Positions 36,167 to 44,867 of a stretch of DNA of 64,000 nucleotides are shown here, piece after piece. The stretch is from Bacillales bacterium (lineage in GTDB: Bacteria > Bacillota_I > Bacilli_A > Izemoplasmatales > UBA1188): the NCBI GenBank assembly GCA_016287865.1, contig JAEEXP010000001.1:14503-78502 (forward strand). The letters are read 5' to 3'. Every line of letters starts with the position of its first letter. The stretch's first letter is position 1. Below the pieces are notes generated by a model. The model worked only from the letters and a program-made list of their open reading frames with translations. It had not been told where the DNA came from and did not search any database. The position numbers and the translations under genes were made by a program.

Positions 36167-36183
36167 TGGTGTTTTCTTTTTTA
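36153..36183 (+). terminator. rho-independent terminator
   Basis: AGCACCAC-TTA-GTGGTGTT hairpin plus T-rich tail. Overlaps the stop codon. Confidence 0.75.
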
Positions 36184-36256
36184 TTTTCTTGCTATATTTA
36201 ACTAATTTGTATATATTAGTTATGCAAAACTAATAAATGATAAAAAGTAGGTGCCT

Positions 36257-37672
36257 ATGAACGAGAAATTTGATACTGCCGTCCAAGAATTAAAATATAA
36301 AGTACTTAAAGAAGTTGCTATTTCTGCTTTTAATGATTCTCTTCTTGAAGACTATAGTGAAATACCATACAAAATTGTATCAGGCAATGTTCCAACATTC
36401 CGTGATTCAATTGATAAAGAAAGAATGATAGTTTTAAGTAGAATTAAAATCGCATTAGGCGGAAACAAGAATATTGATAATGTAGTAGAAGTTATTAAAC
36501 AAGCTTGTGATGAATGTCCTCTTGGCGGATTTGAAGTTACTACTCGTTGTAGAGGTTGTATTGCTCATAGATGCCAAAAAGTATGTCCAAAAGATGCAAT
36601 CAGATTTGATACTCAAACAAGAGCCGCAATTATTGATAAAGATAAATGTGTAAACTGTGGCCTATGTGCTAAGGCATGTCCATATTTCGCAATTCAAAAT
36701 TATGAACGTCCATGTGAAATGGCTTGTAAGGTTAAAGCTATTTCAAAAGGACAAGATAATGCTGCATATATTGATGATAATAAGTGCGTTCATTGTGGCG
36801 CTTGTGTATATCAATGTCCATTTGGCGCTATTATGGATAAATCACAAATTGTTGAAGTGATCAATGAAATCAAAAACAAGACAGAAAAGTTATACGCTAT
36901 TGTTGCTCCATCTATTAAAGTTCAATTTAAGAATGGTTCAGTAGGTCAAATTGTATCTGCGATTAAAGAACTTGGATTTGATGATGTAGTAGAAGCTGCG
37001 CTAGGCGCAGATATGGTTGCCTATAAAGAGGCAAAAGAACTAGAAGAAAAAGGCGTATTAACTTCATCGTGTTGCCCAACATTTGTATCCTTAATTGAAA
37101 AGAGATTCCCTCTTTTAAAAGAAAAGGTTTCAACTAATTTATCTCCAATGGCTACAATCGCTAAGTTCATTAAAGAGAATGAACCAAATTCTAAGATCGT
37201 ATTTATTGGTCCTTGTGTAGCTAAAAAGGCAGAAATAAAAAGAGATGAATATAAAGGCATCGTTGACTATGTTTTAACATTTGAAGAACTAAACGCATTA
37301 ATTGATGCAAGAGATATAGATGCAACTAAGCTTATGGAAACAGAACTAAGTGATGCATCATATTTCGGAAGAATATTTGGTAGAGCTGGCGGACTTAAAG
37401 ATGCAGTTGTCCAAGCATTAAAAGAACAGAATTCTTCATTTGAACTTAAACCTCTTTCAGTTGATGGACTTGAAAACTGTAAAGTTGCCTTAACTAAACT
37501 TAGAATTGGTACTAATGAGTTTAATTTCCTTGAAGGTATGGCGTGTTCTGGTGGATGTATTGGCGGACCATGCTGCTTAACTCATGAGGTTAGAGATAAA
37601 GTTGAAATGGATAAATACGGAAGAGAATCTAAGAAAGAATCTATTTCAAGTGCCGTTAAAAATAAGATTTAA
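36257..37672 (+). CDS. monomeric [FeFe]-hydrogenase (group B-like, ferredoxin-domain + H-cluster domain)
   Basis: Two CxxCxxCxxxCP ferredoxin motifs (CVNCGLCAKACP, CVHCGACVYQCP) plus an extra N-terminal Cys cluster. H-cluster motifs are TSSCCPTF (L1), GPCVAKKAE (L2) and EGMACSGGCIGGP (L3). The first ATG at 36257 was preferred over the GTG at 36251. Confidence 0.75.
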   Translation: MNEKFDTAVQELKYKVLKEVAISAFNDSLLEDYSEIPYKIVSGNVPTFRDSIDKERMIVLSRIKIALGGNKNIDNVVEVIKQACDECPLGGFEVTTRCRGCIAHRCQKVCPKDAIRFDTQTRAAIIDKDKCVNCGLCAKACPYFAIQNYERPCEMACKVKAISKGQDNAAYIDDNKCVHCGACVYQCPFGAIMDKSQIVEVINEIKNKTEKLYAIVAPSIKVQFKNGSVGQIVSAIKELGFDDVVEAALGADMVAYKEAKELEEKGVLTSSCCPTFVSLIEKRFPLLKEKVSTNLSPMATIAKFIKENEPNSKIVFIGPCVAKKAEIKRDEYKGIVDYVLTFEELNALIDARDIDATKLMETELSDASYFGRIFGRAGGLKDAVVQALKEQNSSFELKPLSVDGLENCKVALTKLRIGTNEFNFLEGMACSGGCIGGPCCLTHEVRDKVEMDKYGRESKKESISSAVKNKI

Positions 37673-37728
37673 TCTCTCACTAATAGAATTTATTAAATAT
37701 TTCTATATAAAAATACATTAAAATTCAT

Positions 37729-37765
37729 AAACATCACTCTCATATCATTAGAGTGATGTTTATTA
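37729..37765 (+). terminator. rho-independent terminator after the hydrogenase gene
   Basis: AAACATCACTCT-CATATCATT-AGAGTGATGTTT perfect 12-bp hairpin plus T-rich tail. It lies inside the ORF-track N-terminal extension of the next gene. Confidence 0.8.
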
Positions 37766-37788
37766 TATATAGGAATATAATAATAGCC

Positions 37789-38268
37789 ATGAGTAAAGAA
37801 AAAAGAAAAGAAGTGTTTAGAGTAATTAAATATTTTTTAATAGCCGCATCCGCAGGACTAATTCAGTTTCTTTCATTTACTTTATTAAATGAATTAACTC
37901 ATTTTCCTTATTGGCCATCATATTTAATTTCTTTAGCTCTTTCAGTTATTTGGAATTTCACATTTAATAGAAAATATACATTTAAATCTGCGTCTAATGT
38001 ACCTATCGCTATGCTTAAGGTACTCGCATATTATGCAGTATTTACTCCTCTATCAACTTTACTTGGTCACTACCTTGTAGATAAACTTGGTTGGAATGAA
38101 TACTTGGTTGAAGCTATTAATATGTTAATCAACGGTGTAACTGAGTTCTTATATCAAAGATTCTTTGTTTTTGGTAAAACAATAGATACTAATAAGAAAG
38201 CCTTAGAACAAAAAGAAAAAGAAGAAATAATGAATAATGAATTAAAAGAAGAATCTGCTACAATTTAA
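37789..38268 (+). CDS. GtrA-family membrane protein
   Basis: Start trimmed to ATG 37789 (MSKEKRKEVFRVIKYFLIAASAGLIQF...). 4 TM helices and the FN.RKYTFK motif typical of GtrA. Confidence 0.75.
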   Translation: MSKEKRKEVFRVIKYFLIAASAGLIQFLSFTLLNELTHFPYWPSYLISLALSVIWNFTFNRKYTFKSASNVPIAMLKVLAYYAVFTPLSTLLGHYLVDKLGWNEYLVEAINMLINGVTEFLYQRFFVFGKTIDTNKKALEQKEKEEIMNNELKEESATI

Positions 38269-38296
38269 GTAGATTCTTTTTTCATAATCATATTAT

Positions 38297-38350
38297 TTGC
38301 TTTATACAAAGTTTATTTATATAATAGTATAGGTTAGTTATGACTAACTA
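38297..38350 (+). promoter_or_regulatory. promoter plus inverted repeat upstream of the ZIP transporter gene
   Basis: TTGCTT (38297-38302), 17 nt, TATAAT (38320-38325). The inverted repeat TAGTTA-TGAC-TAACTA (38335-38350) sits just downstream of the predicted start site and before the RBS AAGGAGG. Confidence 0.4.
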
Positions 38351-38365
38351 TTAAGGAGGTATATT

Positions 38366-39142
38366 ATGAATGGCATCGTAGTATTAAGCTTATTTATACC
38401 CTTAATTGGTACTACCTTAGGTAGTGCGATGGTTTTCTTTTTAAAAAAGGAAATCAATCCAAAGGTTCAAAAAATATTATTAGGTTTCGCATCAGGAGTT
38501 ATGGTTGCGGCTTCATTTTTTAGCCTTCTTGAACCTGCAATCTCTACATATGAAAAAGGCAATTATAAAATGTGGCTTATCCCAGCCGCAGGATTCTTAG
38601 TAGGTGTATTATTCTTACTACTATTAGATTTTATAGTTCCACACATTCATATTGATAAACAAGAAGAAGGTATTAAAAAGAATAAACTTAGTCGTTTATT
38701 TAAAATGATGCTTGCGGTAACTCTACACAATATCCCAGAAGGATTGGCTGTTGGTGTAGTTATTGCCGGTGCTATAAATGGTAACTTAAATGAACACGCA
38801 ATGTTAGTTCTATCAATTGGTATTGCGATTCAAAACTTCCCAGAAGGCGCAATTATATCTATGCCTTTAAAAGAAGAAGGTAAAACCAAAGTGAAAGCTT
38901 TCCTATTTGGTTTTATATCTGGAGTAGTAGAACCAGTTGCGGCTTTAGTCGCAATACTTTTAACTTCAATTGTTTCAACTATTCTACCATTCACTTTAGC
39001 TTTCGCAGCTGGTGCAATGGTTTATGTAGTATTTGAAGAATTAATCCCTGAAGCAAACGAAGGCGCACATTCAAACCTTGCGACTATTGGAGCTATGGTT
39101 GGATTTGTAATCATGATGGTTCTTGATGTAGCCTTAGGATAG
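38366..39142 (+). CDS. ZIP-family (ZupT-like) divalent metal transporter
   Basis: 258 aa, 8 TM helices. Motifs HNIPEGLAVG and QNFPEGAIISMPL. Confidence 0.85.
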   Translation: MNGIVVLSLFIPLIGTTLGSAMVFFLKKEINPKVQKILLGFASGVMVAASFFSLLEPAISTYEKGNYKMWLIPAAGFLVGVLFLLLLDFIVPHIHIDKQEEGIKKNKLSRLFKMMLAVTLHNIPEGLAVGVVIAGAINGNLNEHAMLVLSIGIAIQNFPEGAIISMPLKEEGKTKVKAFLFGFISGVVEPVAALVAILLTSIVSTILPFTLAFAAGAMVYVVFEELIPEANEGAHSNLATIGAMVGFVIMMVLDVALG

Positions 39143-39150
39143 AGGTGCAT

Positions 39151-39405
39151 ATGTATAAGTATATTCTTAAAATCGATGGGATGATGTGTGGCATGTGTGA
39201 ATGTCACGTTGATGATCTTATTAGAAAGAATTTTGATTCTAAAAAGGTTAAATCATCTCATACAAAAAACGAATCATCTTTCATTAGTAAAGATGATATA
39301 ACTGAATCAGATTTCCATAATGTTTTTGACCCTACTGGCTATAGGGTTGAAGATGTTAAGAAAATAGAAGTAGTCAAAAAAGGACTCTTCTATAAAGAAA
39401 TATAA
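39151..39405 (+). CDS. small heavy-metal-associated (HMA) domain protein
   Basis: MYKYILKIDGMMCGMCECHV contains the GMxCxxC HMA motif. AGAGG lies 5 nt before ATG 39151. Sits 8 nt after the ZIP gene stop. Confidence 0.65.
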   Translation: MYKYILKIDGMMCGMCECHVDDLIRKNFDSKKVKSSHTKNESSFISKDDITESDFHNVFDPTGYRVEDVKKIEVVKKGLFYKEI

Positions 39406-39422
39406 GTCTCCATATATTTAGT

Positions 39423-39460
39423 AAAAGACTCCCAGTTGATCCCTGGGAGTCTTGTTTTTT
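39423..39460. terminator. bidirectional rho-independent terminator
   Basis: GACTCCCAG-TTGATCC-CTGGGAGTC hairpin flanked by AAAA and TTGTTTTTT, between convergent genes. Confidence 0.85.
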
Positions 39461-40538
39461 ATAATAATAATGTTTTATCTTCGCCTATGGCTTCTGCCTC
39501 GTTGAACTCGTATTTAGTTCCATTCTCATCAATTAAGAAACCGCTAATTTTACCGAAAGTTACGTAATAATCTATTTTTACAATTAAGGCGTGAGTAATC
39601 ATTGGAGAACATGCTTCAATCTCATAAACTAAATCAACCATTCCGTGTTCATCTTTAACATGCACGGTTTGTTTTTCGCCTTTAAGTAACTCTTTAACGT
39701 CTTTATCTTTAGTGAATGTGACAGGAGGAAGTAGAGATGAACTTCCTTCTTTCCAAATTAAATTCTCATTAAACTTTTCTTGATCGATTGATTGGTTTCT
39801 AGTTAGGTTAAACGCAATCCATTCATCTTTGCCATCTACTTTAATCTTACCCATAGTAGTAAGCCAATCGTAGTGAGCTTTTCTTGGGTAGAATCCTCTG
39901 TGGTCATCAATGATTGCGCATGATTCAGAGTCTGTTTTAATTAATTCGTCATTAAATCTTAAATATCCTTTGGCCTCAAAAAACATTTTCTCAGTATAAA
40001 GAGGTCTATTGTCTCCAAATGGAATTGATACTACCGATGGATTAGATAATTTCTTAAGTTCAAATGAATATTCAAAATAATCATCGCCCTTAAGATGTGA
40101 ACCAGATACTTTAGCCATACCTTTATCGAAGTTATTAATGAATTCAACTCTTGAGTTTTTAGTTTCTGCGAAAGCTCTAGAACCATTAATTAGGTTAGGC
40201 GCAATAATTGTATCCTTTGATTTAAGTGTATTATCAATTGAATATACTTTTCTAGTTCTATAATCAAAGAATATCATCTTTGTAATTCCAAATAGTGCCA
40301 TATCAGATAAGGCCACAAGAAGAAGTCCTTCTTTTAAATGAATCTCACATGCTTCCCATAAGGTTAATCTAGATTTGTTAAAAGATGATGGGAGTGCGGT
40401 TGGCTTAATAGTTGAGACTAAATCCATAGTCTCAAACTCTTTATCAAATGTTCCAAACACAGCTTTACCATCTTTAATTAAATCTTTAGGTGTTTCTACG
40501 CTACGTCTAATGGGTGAAATAAATTTAGAATAATCCAT
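39459..40538 (-). CDS. DUF2804-like protein
   Basis: 359 aa with GGAGG RBS. The overall pattern (W.ACEIHL...; HRGFYPRKAHYDWLT) is recalled as the DUF2804 family. Not verified. Confidence 0.4.
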   Translation of the reverse strand: MDYSKFISPIRRSVETPKDLIKDGKAVFGTFDKEFETMDLVSTIKPTALPSSFNKSRLTLWEACEIHLKEGLLLVALSDMALFGITKMIFFDYRTRKVYSIDNTLKSKDTIIAPNLINGSRAFAETKNSRVEFINNFDKGMAKVSGSHLKGDDYFEYSFELKKLSNPSVVSIPFGDNRPLYTEKMFFEAKGYLRFNDELIKTDSESCAIIDDHRGFYPRKAHYDWLTTMGKIKVDGKDEWIAFNLTRNQSIDQEKFNENLIWKEGSSSLLPPVTFTKDKDVKELLKGEKQTVHVKDEHGMVDLVYEIEACSPMITHALIVKIDYYVTFGKISGFLIDENGTKYEFNEAEAIGEDKTLLL

Positions 40539-40608
40539 GTATCCTCCAAAATATAATAAAAAGAAACTATATTTTAATTATAGTTCCTTTTAATTAGATA
40601 TTTCAAGA

Positions 40609-42576
40609 TTATTCCACATAATTCATGTGATTTTTATAATAATTATTTATGGCTATTAACTTGGTTAATCTTAGTCCTTGAAGATTTAAGATAGTCTCTA
40701 AGTCTTTCTCAGTTACTATTTGATCTTTATAATCAAAAGTAAATGAATCAGAAGAATAAGTATGATTAGTCATAAACGCATTGAGTTCATTTGAATAGAA
40801 TATTCCATCAAATTTAGTATTAAATCTAAAGATAGATGGTGAGAAGTAGAGCGAATCATCATATTCTATTCCAAGTAAATCAAGAATAGTTGGGACTATT
40901 ACGTATGGTGATGTGAAGTAATCAAATGTATTAGTATTAGTATGACTATAGAATACTTCCTTTAGTTTTGGGTTTGAGAAGAAGAGGGTTGTTTTATATA
41001 ACTCTGGGTCAAAATTACTCTTAAGCACAGTTATATTTTTAGATAGTTTTTGATAGTAAGCTTCATGGTCACCATAAACCACAAATAGTGTAGTATCAAA
41101 CTTACCCTTTTCTTTTAGCTTATCAATGATTTTACCCACTGCCTCATCAAGATTCATAAAGGCACAAATTAAATGTTTGAATTCTTTATAAGTTTCAGCG
41201 TCTAATTCTTTGAGTGTACTTCCATAAACCTCGTTATATTTCGAATCAAACTTAGGTCCATAACCCATTTCTTCAAAGAGTTGGTCTCTCTTAGTGACTT
41301 CATCATTTCTCTCATCAATATAAGGACCATGAGTAGATAGAGTAGTCCAGAACGTATAGAATCTATCACTACTTACCATTCTATCTAAGACTATATCAAC
41401 ATAATCACTATCAAGTTCATAACTTCCATCAAAGTCCCATCCAGGCGAACCATATGAATGAACTTGATTATATTCATATAGATAATGTTCAAAACCAAAT
41501 TGACCCATTAAGTTATTTCTAGCGTATAATCCTTCACCATCATGGAAGAAAGAAGTTTTATAAGTTTCATTTAATATTTTTGGTAAAGTGTTTTCAATAT
41601 CTATCTTAAGTTTATAAATAGAGTCTGAAGCAGATCTATCATAATTATAGTTAATACCATCAGTAGGATAAGAACCTGTGAATCCAATGATTTCAGAGAC
41701 TGAAGTTTTATTCTTAGTATAGTTATATTTACAGTTGATTCCATTATTCATTAAGTAATAAAGGTTTGGAGTAAACTCATTTGTGATAGCTATGTCTATT
41801 CCTGTTTCAATCATAATAGTAAAGATATTATATCCTTCAAGGATTCCATTATAATCAGATTCAACAATAGGATTAGGTTTATCTGGATTATAATCAGGTG
41901 TTACTCCATTACCCCAATATATTGAATATTCACTTAAGTAACAGCCTACCATTCCATAGTTTTTATATGAAGATAATTTAAGATATTTAGTGAAGAAATT
42001 AATAACTTCATCACCATTCTTCGCTTCCTTTAAAACATCTATATTTTGAGATTTTCTATATATTACTGCCTTAGTAATCATAGTTCCAGTAGAACTTATT
42101 GCGACAGAAGTTAGGGCAAGAATTAATCCTCTTAATAAATAACCTTTAGCTTTGTTATATGGGAAGAAGTGATCTATCAAAATATTTAATGCATTAAACA
42201 CAAGCATATATCCAATTCCGGTTAGTATTACCCACCAGTTAATGTAGTGAGCTGAGACAACTTCTTTAGCTTCACCTAAGAACTGAAGGATTTGAATATA
42301 GAATGGTGTATCTAAATTATCATAGTAAGTCTTATTTAAAATGAATAATGCGACAAATATAAAAAGAACAATATTTGAATAAATATAATTGAATATTTTA
42401 TTGTTTAAGAATAGAAGAGGAGATAATAAAAGGGTATAGAAAAATAAATCTATTGTGAAATAGGTTGGGATTAAATTAATATATAAAAATCCTCTTGAAA
42501 TAATGTTTATAAGTATTACAGCGAATAGCGTTAAGCCATAAACTTCTAAATTTTTTAGTATTCCTCTTTTTATCAT
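40609..42576 (-). CDS. LtaS-family (sulfatase-fold) lipoteichoic acid synthase-like membrane protein
   Basis: 655 aa. 5 N-terminal TM helices and an extracellular sulfatase domain with IETG, NKTSVSEIIGFTGSYP (compare the GKTSD.E nucleophile-Thr motif) and STHGPY. Confidence 0.65.
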   Translation of the reverse strand: MIKRGILKNLEVYGLTLFAVILINIISRGFLYINLIPTYFTIDLFFYTLLLSPLLFLNNKIFNYIYSNIVLFIFVALFILNKTYYDNLDTPFYIQILQFLGEAKEVVSAHYINWWVILTGIGYMLVFNALNILIDHFFPYNKAKGYLLRGLILALTSVAISSTGTMITKAVIYRKSQNIDVLKEAKNGDEVINFFTKYLKLSSYKNYGMVGCYLSEYSIYWGNGVTPDYNPDKPNPIVESDYNGILEGYNIFTIMIETGIDIAITNEFTPNLYYLMNNGINCKYNYTKNKTSVSEIIGFTGSYPTDGINYNYDRSASDSIYKLKIDIENTLPKILNETYKTSFFHDGEGLYARNNLMGQFGFEHYLYEYNQVHSYGSPGWDFDGSYELDSDYVDIVLDRMVSSDRFYTFWTTLSTHGPYIDERNDEVTKRDQLFEEMGYGPKFDSKYNEVYGSTLKELDAETYKEFKHLICAFMNLDEAVGKIIDKLKEKGKFDTTLFVVYGDHEAYYQKLSKNITVLKSNFDPELYKTTLFFSNPKLKEVFYSHTNTNTFDYFTSPYVIVPTILDLLGIEYDDSLYFSPSIFRFNTKFDGIFYSNELNAFMTNHTYSSDSFTFDYKDQIVTEKDLETILNLQGLRLTKLIAINNYYKNHMNYVE

Positions 42577-42602
42577 AAGTCAATTATAACATATTTATTT
42601 TA

Positions 42603-42631
42603 TTGAAATAGAGTATTTATTATGATAAAAT
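42603..42631 (+). promoter_or_regulatory. sigma-A type promoter of the rimP-nusA-infB operon
   Basis: TTGAAA (42603-42608), 17-nt spacer ending in TGA, TAAAAT (42626-42631). Confidence 0.55.
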
Positions 42632-42658
42632 CATAATGTAGTATGATGATAAAACGAT

Positions 42659-42685
42659 TGTGAGTGGATTTCCACTCACATTTTC
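42659..42685 (+). terminator. intrinsic terminator/attenuator in the rimP-nusA leader
   Basis: TGTGAGTGG-ATTT-CCACTCACA hairpin followed by TTTTC. It lies between the promoter and the rimP RBS (TAAGGAGG). Confidence 0.6.
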
Positions 42686-42702
42686 ATAGGTAAGGAGGAT
42701 AG

Positions 42703-43161
42703 ATGTCTTATAAGTTAAATGATGAACTCTTAAACAAGTTAAAAGATGACATTAAAGAATTATTAAAAGATAGTTCACTAAGTCTTTATAACGTAGAGTT
42801 TAATGAAGAAAATGGAGTAGACACATTAACTGTCACAGTCGATAAAACTCAAGGTTACATCGATATTGATGAAATTGAAGATGCGACTAATAAAGTAAAT
42901 GAATACTTAGATAAAACAGATCCAATAGATAGTGAATATTCACTTGTAGTTACATCAAGAGGTATTGAAAAAGAATTAACTATTGATGAACTACCTAATT
43001 ATATTAATGAATATTTATTTATTAGAACTCCAGAACAGGAGTTATATGGAACACTTCTATCTATTGAAGGCGCTATCGCCACAATTAAAAATCCAAAAAA
43101 TAAAAAAGTAAAAATAAATTTAAACGATATTGAATTTGTAAGAATCGCAATTAAGTTTTAG
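42703..43161 (+). CDS. rimP: ribosome maturation factor RimP
   Basis: 152 aa immediately upstream of nusA. The L.V.VD....I..D.....S and Sm-like C-domain pattern is present. Confidence 0.85.
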   Translation: MSYKLNDELLNKLKDDIKELLKDSSLSLYNVEFNEENGVDTLTVTVDKTQGYIDIDEIEDATNKVNEYLDKTDPIDSEYSLVVTSRGIEKELTIDELPNYINEYLFIRTPEQELYGTLLSIEGAIATIKNPKNKKVKINLNDIEFVRIAIKF

Positions 43162-43169
43162 GAGGATAT

Positions 43170-44288
43170 ATGACAAATAAAGAATTATTTTTAGCTATCA
43201 ATGATATCTGTGAAGACAGAGGACTTGAAAAAGAAAAAGTTTTCCAAGCATTTGGAAAGGGTCTCGCTAACGCTTACTTTAAGACAACTGGAATTAAGAA
43301 CGTTAAAACTGTATTCAATGAAGAAGATAATGAATATTACTTTGTAGAATACTATACAGTTGTAGAAGATGATGAACTTGAAGAAGGCGATCCATCTAAA
43401 GTAACTTTAAAAGAAGCTAAGAAACATAAAAAAGGATGTAAGCTTGGTGACTATTTTGAAATTAAGAGAACTGTTAATCCTAAAGATTTCGGACGTAATG
43501 CCATTAAAGATGCTAAAGGTATCTTCAATCAAGAATTAACAAAACTCGAAAGAGAACAAGCTTTTGATTATTTCCAAGGTTTAGTAGACCAAATCATTCA
43601 AGGTACTGTATTCAGAATCAAAGATAAGAGAGTATATATCGATTTAGGTAGAGAAGTTATTACTTCACTTCCTCAATCAGAATTCACATCAGCTATTTCT
43701 GTAGGTTCTCCAGTTAAAGTATATGTAATTGATGTTGAACCAGGAAATAAAGGACCAAAGGTTAAAGTTTCTAAATCTAACTACAATATGATTAAGAAAT
43801 TGTTCGAAGAAAACATCACTGAAATCCAAGATGGTACAGTTGATATTAAAGGTATCGCTAGAGAAATTGGTGTTAGAACTAAAGTTTGCGTTATGTCTCA
43901 TGATCCAAACGTAGATCCACTAGGAGCTTGTCTTGGTCAAAAGGGTGCTAGAATCCAAGACATCATTAATAAACTTGATGGTGAAAAGATTGACCTCTAT
44001 GAATGGAGTGATGATCCAAAGATTTTAATTGCTAATGCATTAAAACCAGCTGAAGTTATTGGTGTTCACATTGAAGATGAAAAGAGTAAGAAAGCTATCG
44101 CAGTAGTATCTGATGATCAATATACACTTGCTATTGGTAAGAATGCTCAAAATGTTACACTCGCAGTTAGATCTTGCGATTGGAACATTGATATTAAGAA
44201 ACCAGAAGAAGCTGAGGCAGCTGGAATCGTAATCAAGAGCGCAACTGTTGAAGATCTTGATATGATTAAGGAACGTTTCAATAGCTAA
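43170..44288 (+). CDS. nusA: transcription termination/antitermination factor NusA
   Basis: 372 aa with N-terminal, S1 and two KH domains. GACLGQKGARIQ motif. Confidence 0.93.
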   Translation: MTNKELFLAINDICEDRGLEKEKVFQAFGKGLANAYFKTTGIKNVKTVFNEEDNEYYFVEYYTVVEDDELEEGDPSKVTLKEAKKHKKGCKLGDYFEIKRTVNPKDFGRNAIKDAKGIFNQELTKLEREQAFDYFQGLVDQIIQGTVFRIKDKRVYIDLGREVITSLPQSEFTSAISVGSPVKVYVIDVEPGNKGPKVKVSKSNYNMIKKLFEENITEIQDGTVDIKGIAREIGVRTKVCVMSHDPNVDPLGACLGQKGARIQDIINKLDGEKIDLYEWSDDPKILIANALKPAEVIGVHIEDEKSKKAIAVVSDDQYTLAIGKNAQNVTLAVRSCDWNIDIKKPEEAEAAGIVIKSATVEDLDMIKERFNS

Positions 44289-44289
44289 T

Positions 44290-44571
44290 ATGGATAAAAA
44301 GATGAATGTTCCTCTAAGGAAATGTGTCATTTCTAAAGAGAAACTATATAAGAAAGACTTATTTAGAATTCTTAGAACTCCAGAAGGTGAAGTAGTAGTC
44401 GATTCTACTATGAAAGCTAATGGAAGAGGCGCTTATCTTAAAAAAGATAAAGATGTAATCATGACTGCTAAGAAAACTAAAGCTCTCGATAGACAACTTG
44501 AAGTAGAAGTTAAAAGTGAAATCTATGATGAACTTTTAAAACTTCTTGAAAATGAAAACAATGAAAGCTAA
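44290..44571 (+). CDS. ylxR: YlxR/RnpM (DUF448) RNA-binding protein
   Basis: PLRKCVISKEK..K.DLFRI......V.D...K.NGRGAY signature. Conserved position after nusA. Confidence 0.88.
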   Translation: MDKKMNVPLRKCVISKEKLYKKDLFRILRTPEGEVVVDSTMKANGRGAYLKKDKDVIMTAKKTKALDRQLEVEVKSEIYDELLKLLENENNES

Positions 44572-44857
44572 AGAAGATATCGTAAGAACTTTAGGTCTTG
44601 CAAACAGAGCCTCAAAAATAGTTTATGGATTTGATAATATCTATAATCTATTTAAAGATAATAACGCAGTTGCCGTATTCACAGTCAAAGACTTAGAAGG
44701 TGACTCAATCAAACAATTAAGGAGTAAAACATCTTTTTATAACGTTCCACTTTATGAAATATTAGAAGTAGAAGATATTCATAAAATTACAGGAAAGAAT
44801 AATATTAAGATGATAGCTCTTACTGATAAAGGTTTTTATAATCTATTACTTAAATAG
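44546..44857 (+). CDS. ylxQ: L7Ae-family RNA-binding protein YlxQ
   Basis: LGLANRASKIVYG ... ALTDKGF matches B. subtilis YlxQ (LGLANRARKVVSG ... AVTDQGF). The exact start (44546, 44552 or 44561) is uncertain. Confidence 0.8.
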   Translation: MKMKTMKAKEDIVRTLGLANRASKIVYGFDNIYNLFKDNNAVAVFTVKDLEGDSIKQLRSKTSFYNVPLYEILEVEDIHKITGKNNIKMIALTDKGFYNLLLK

Positions 44858-44867
44858 GAGGTATTCT

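Noticed and set aside
36257-37672. Sensory (HydS-type) or bifurcating hydrogenase
   Set aside because: There is no PAS domain, no C-terminal extra cluster domain and no adjacent NuoE/NuoF-like genes. The architecture fits a simple monomeric enzyme.
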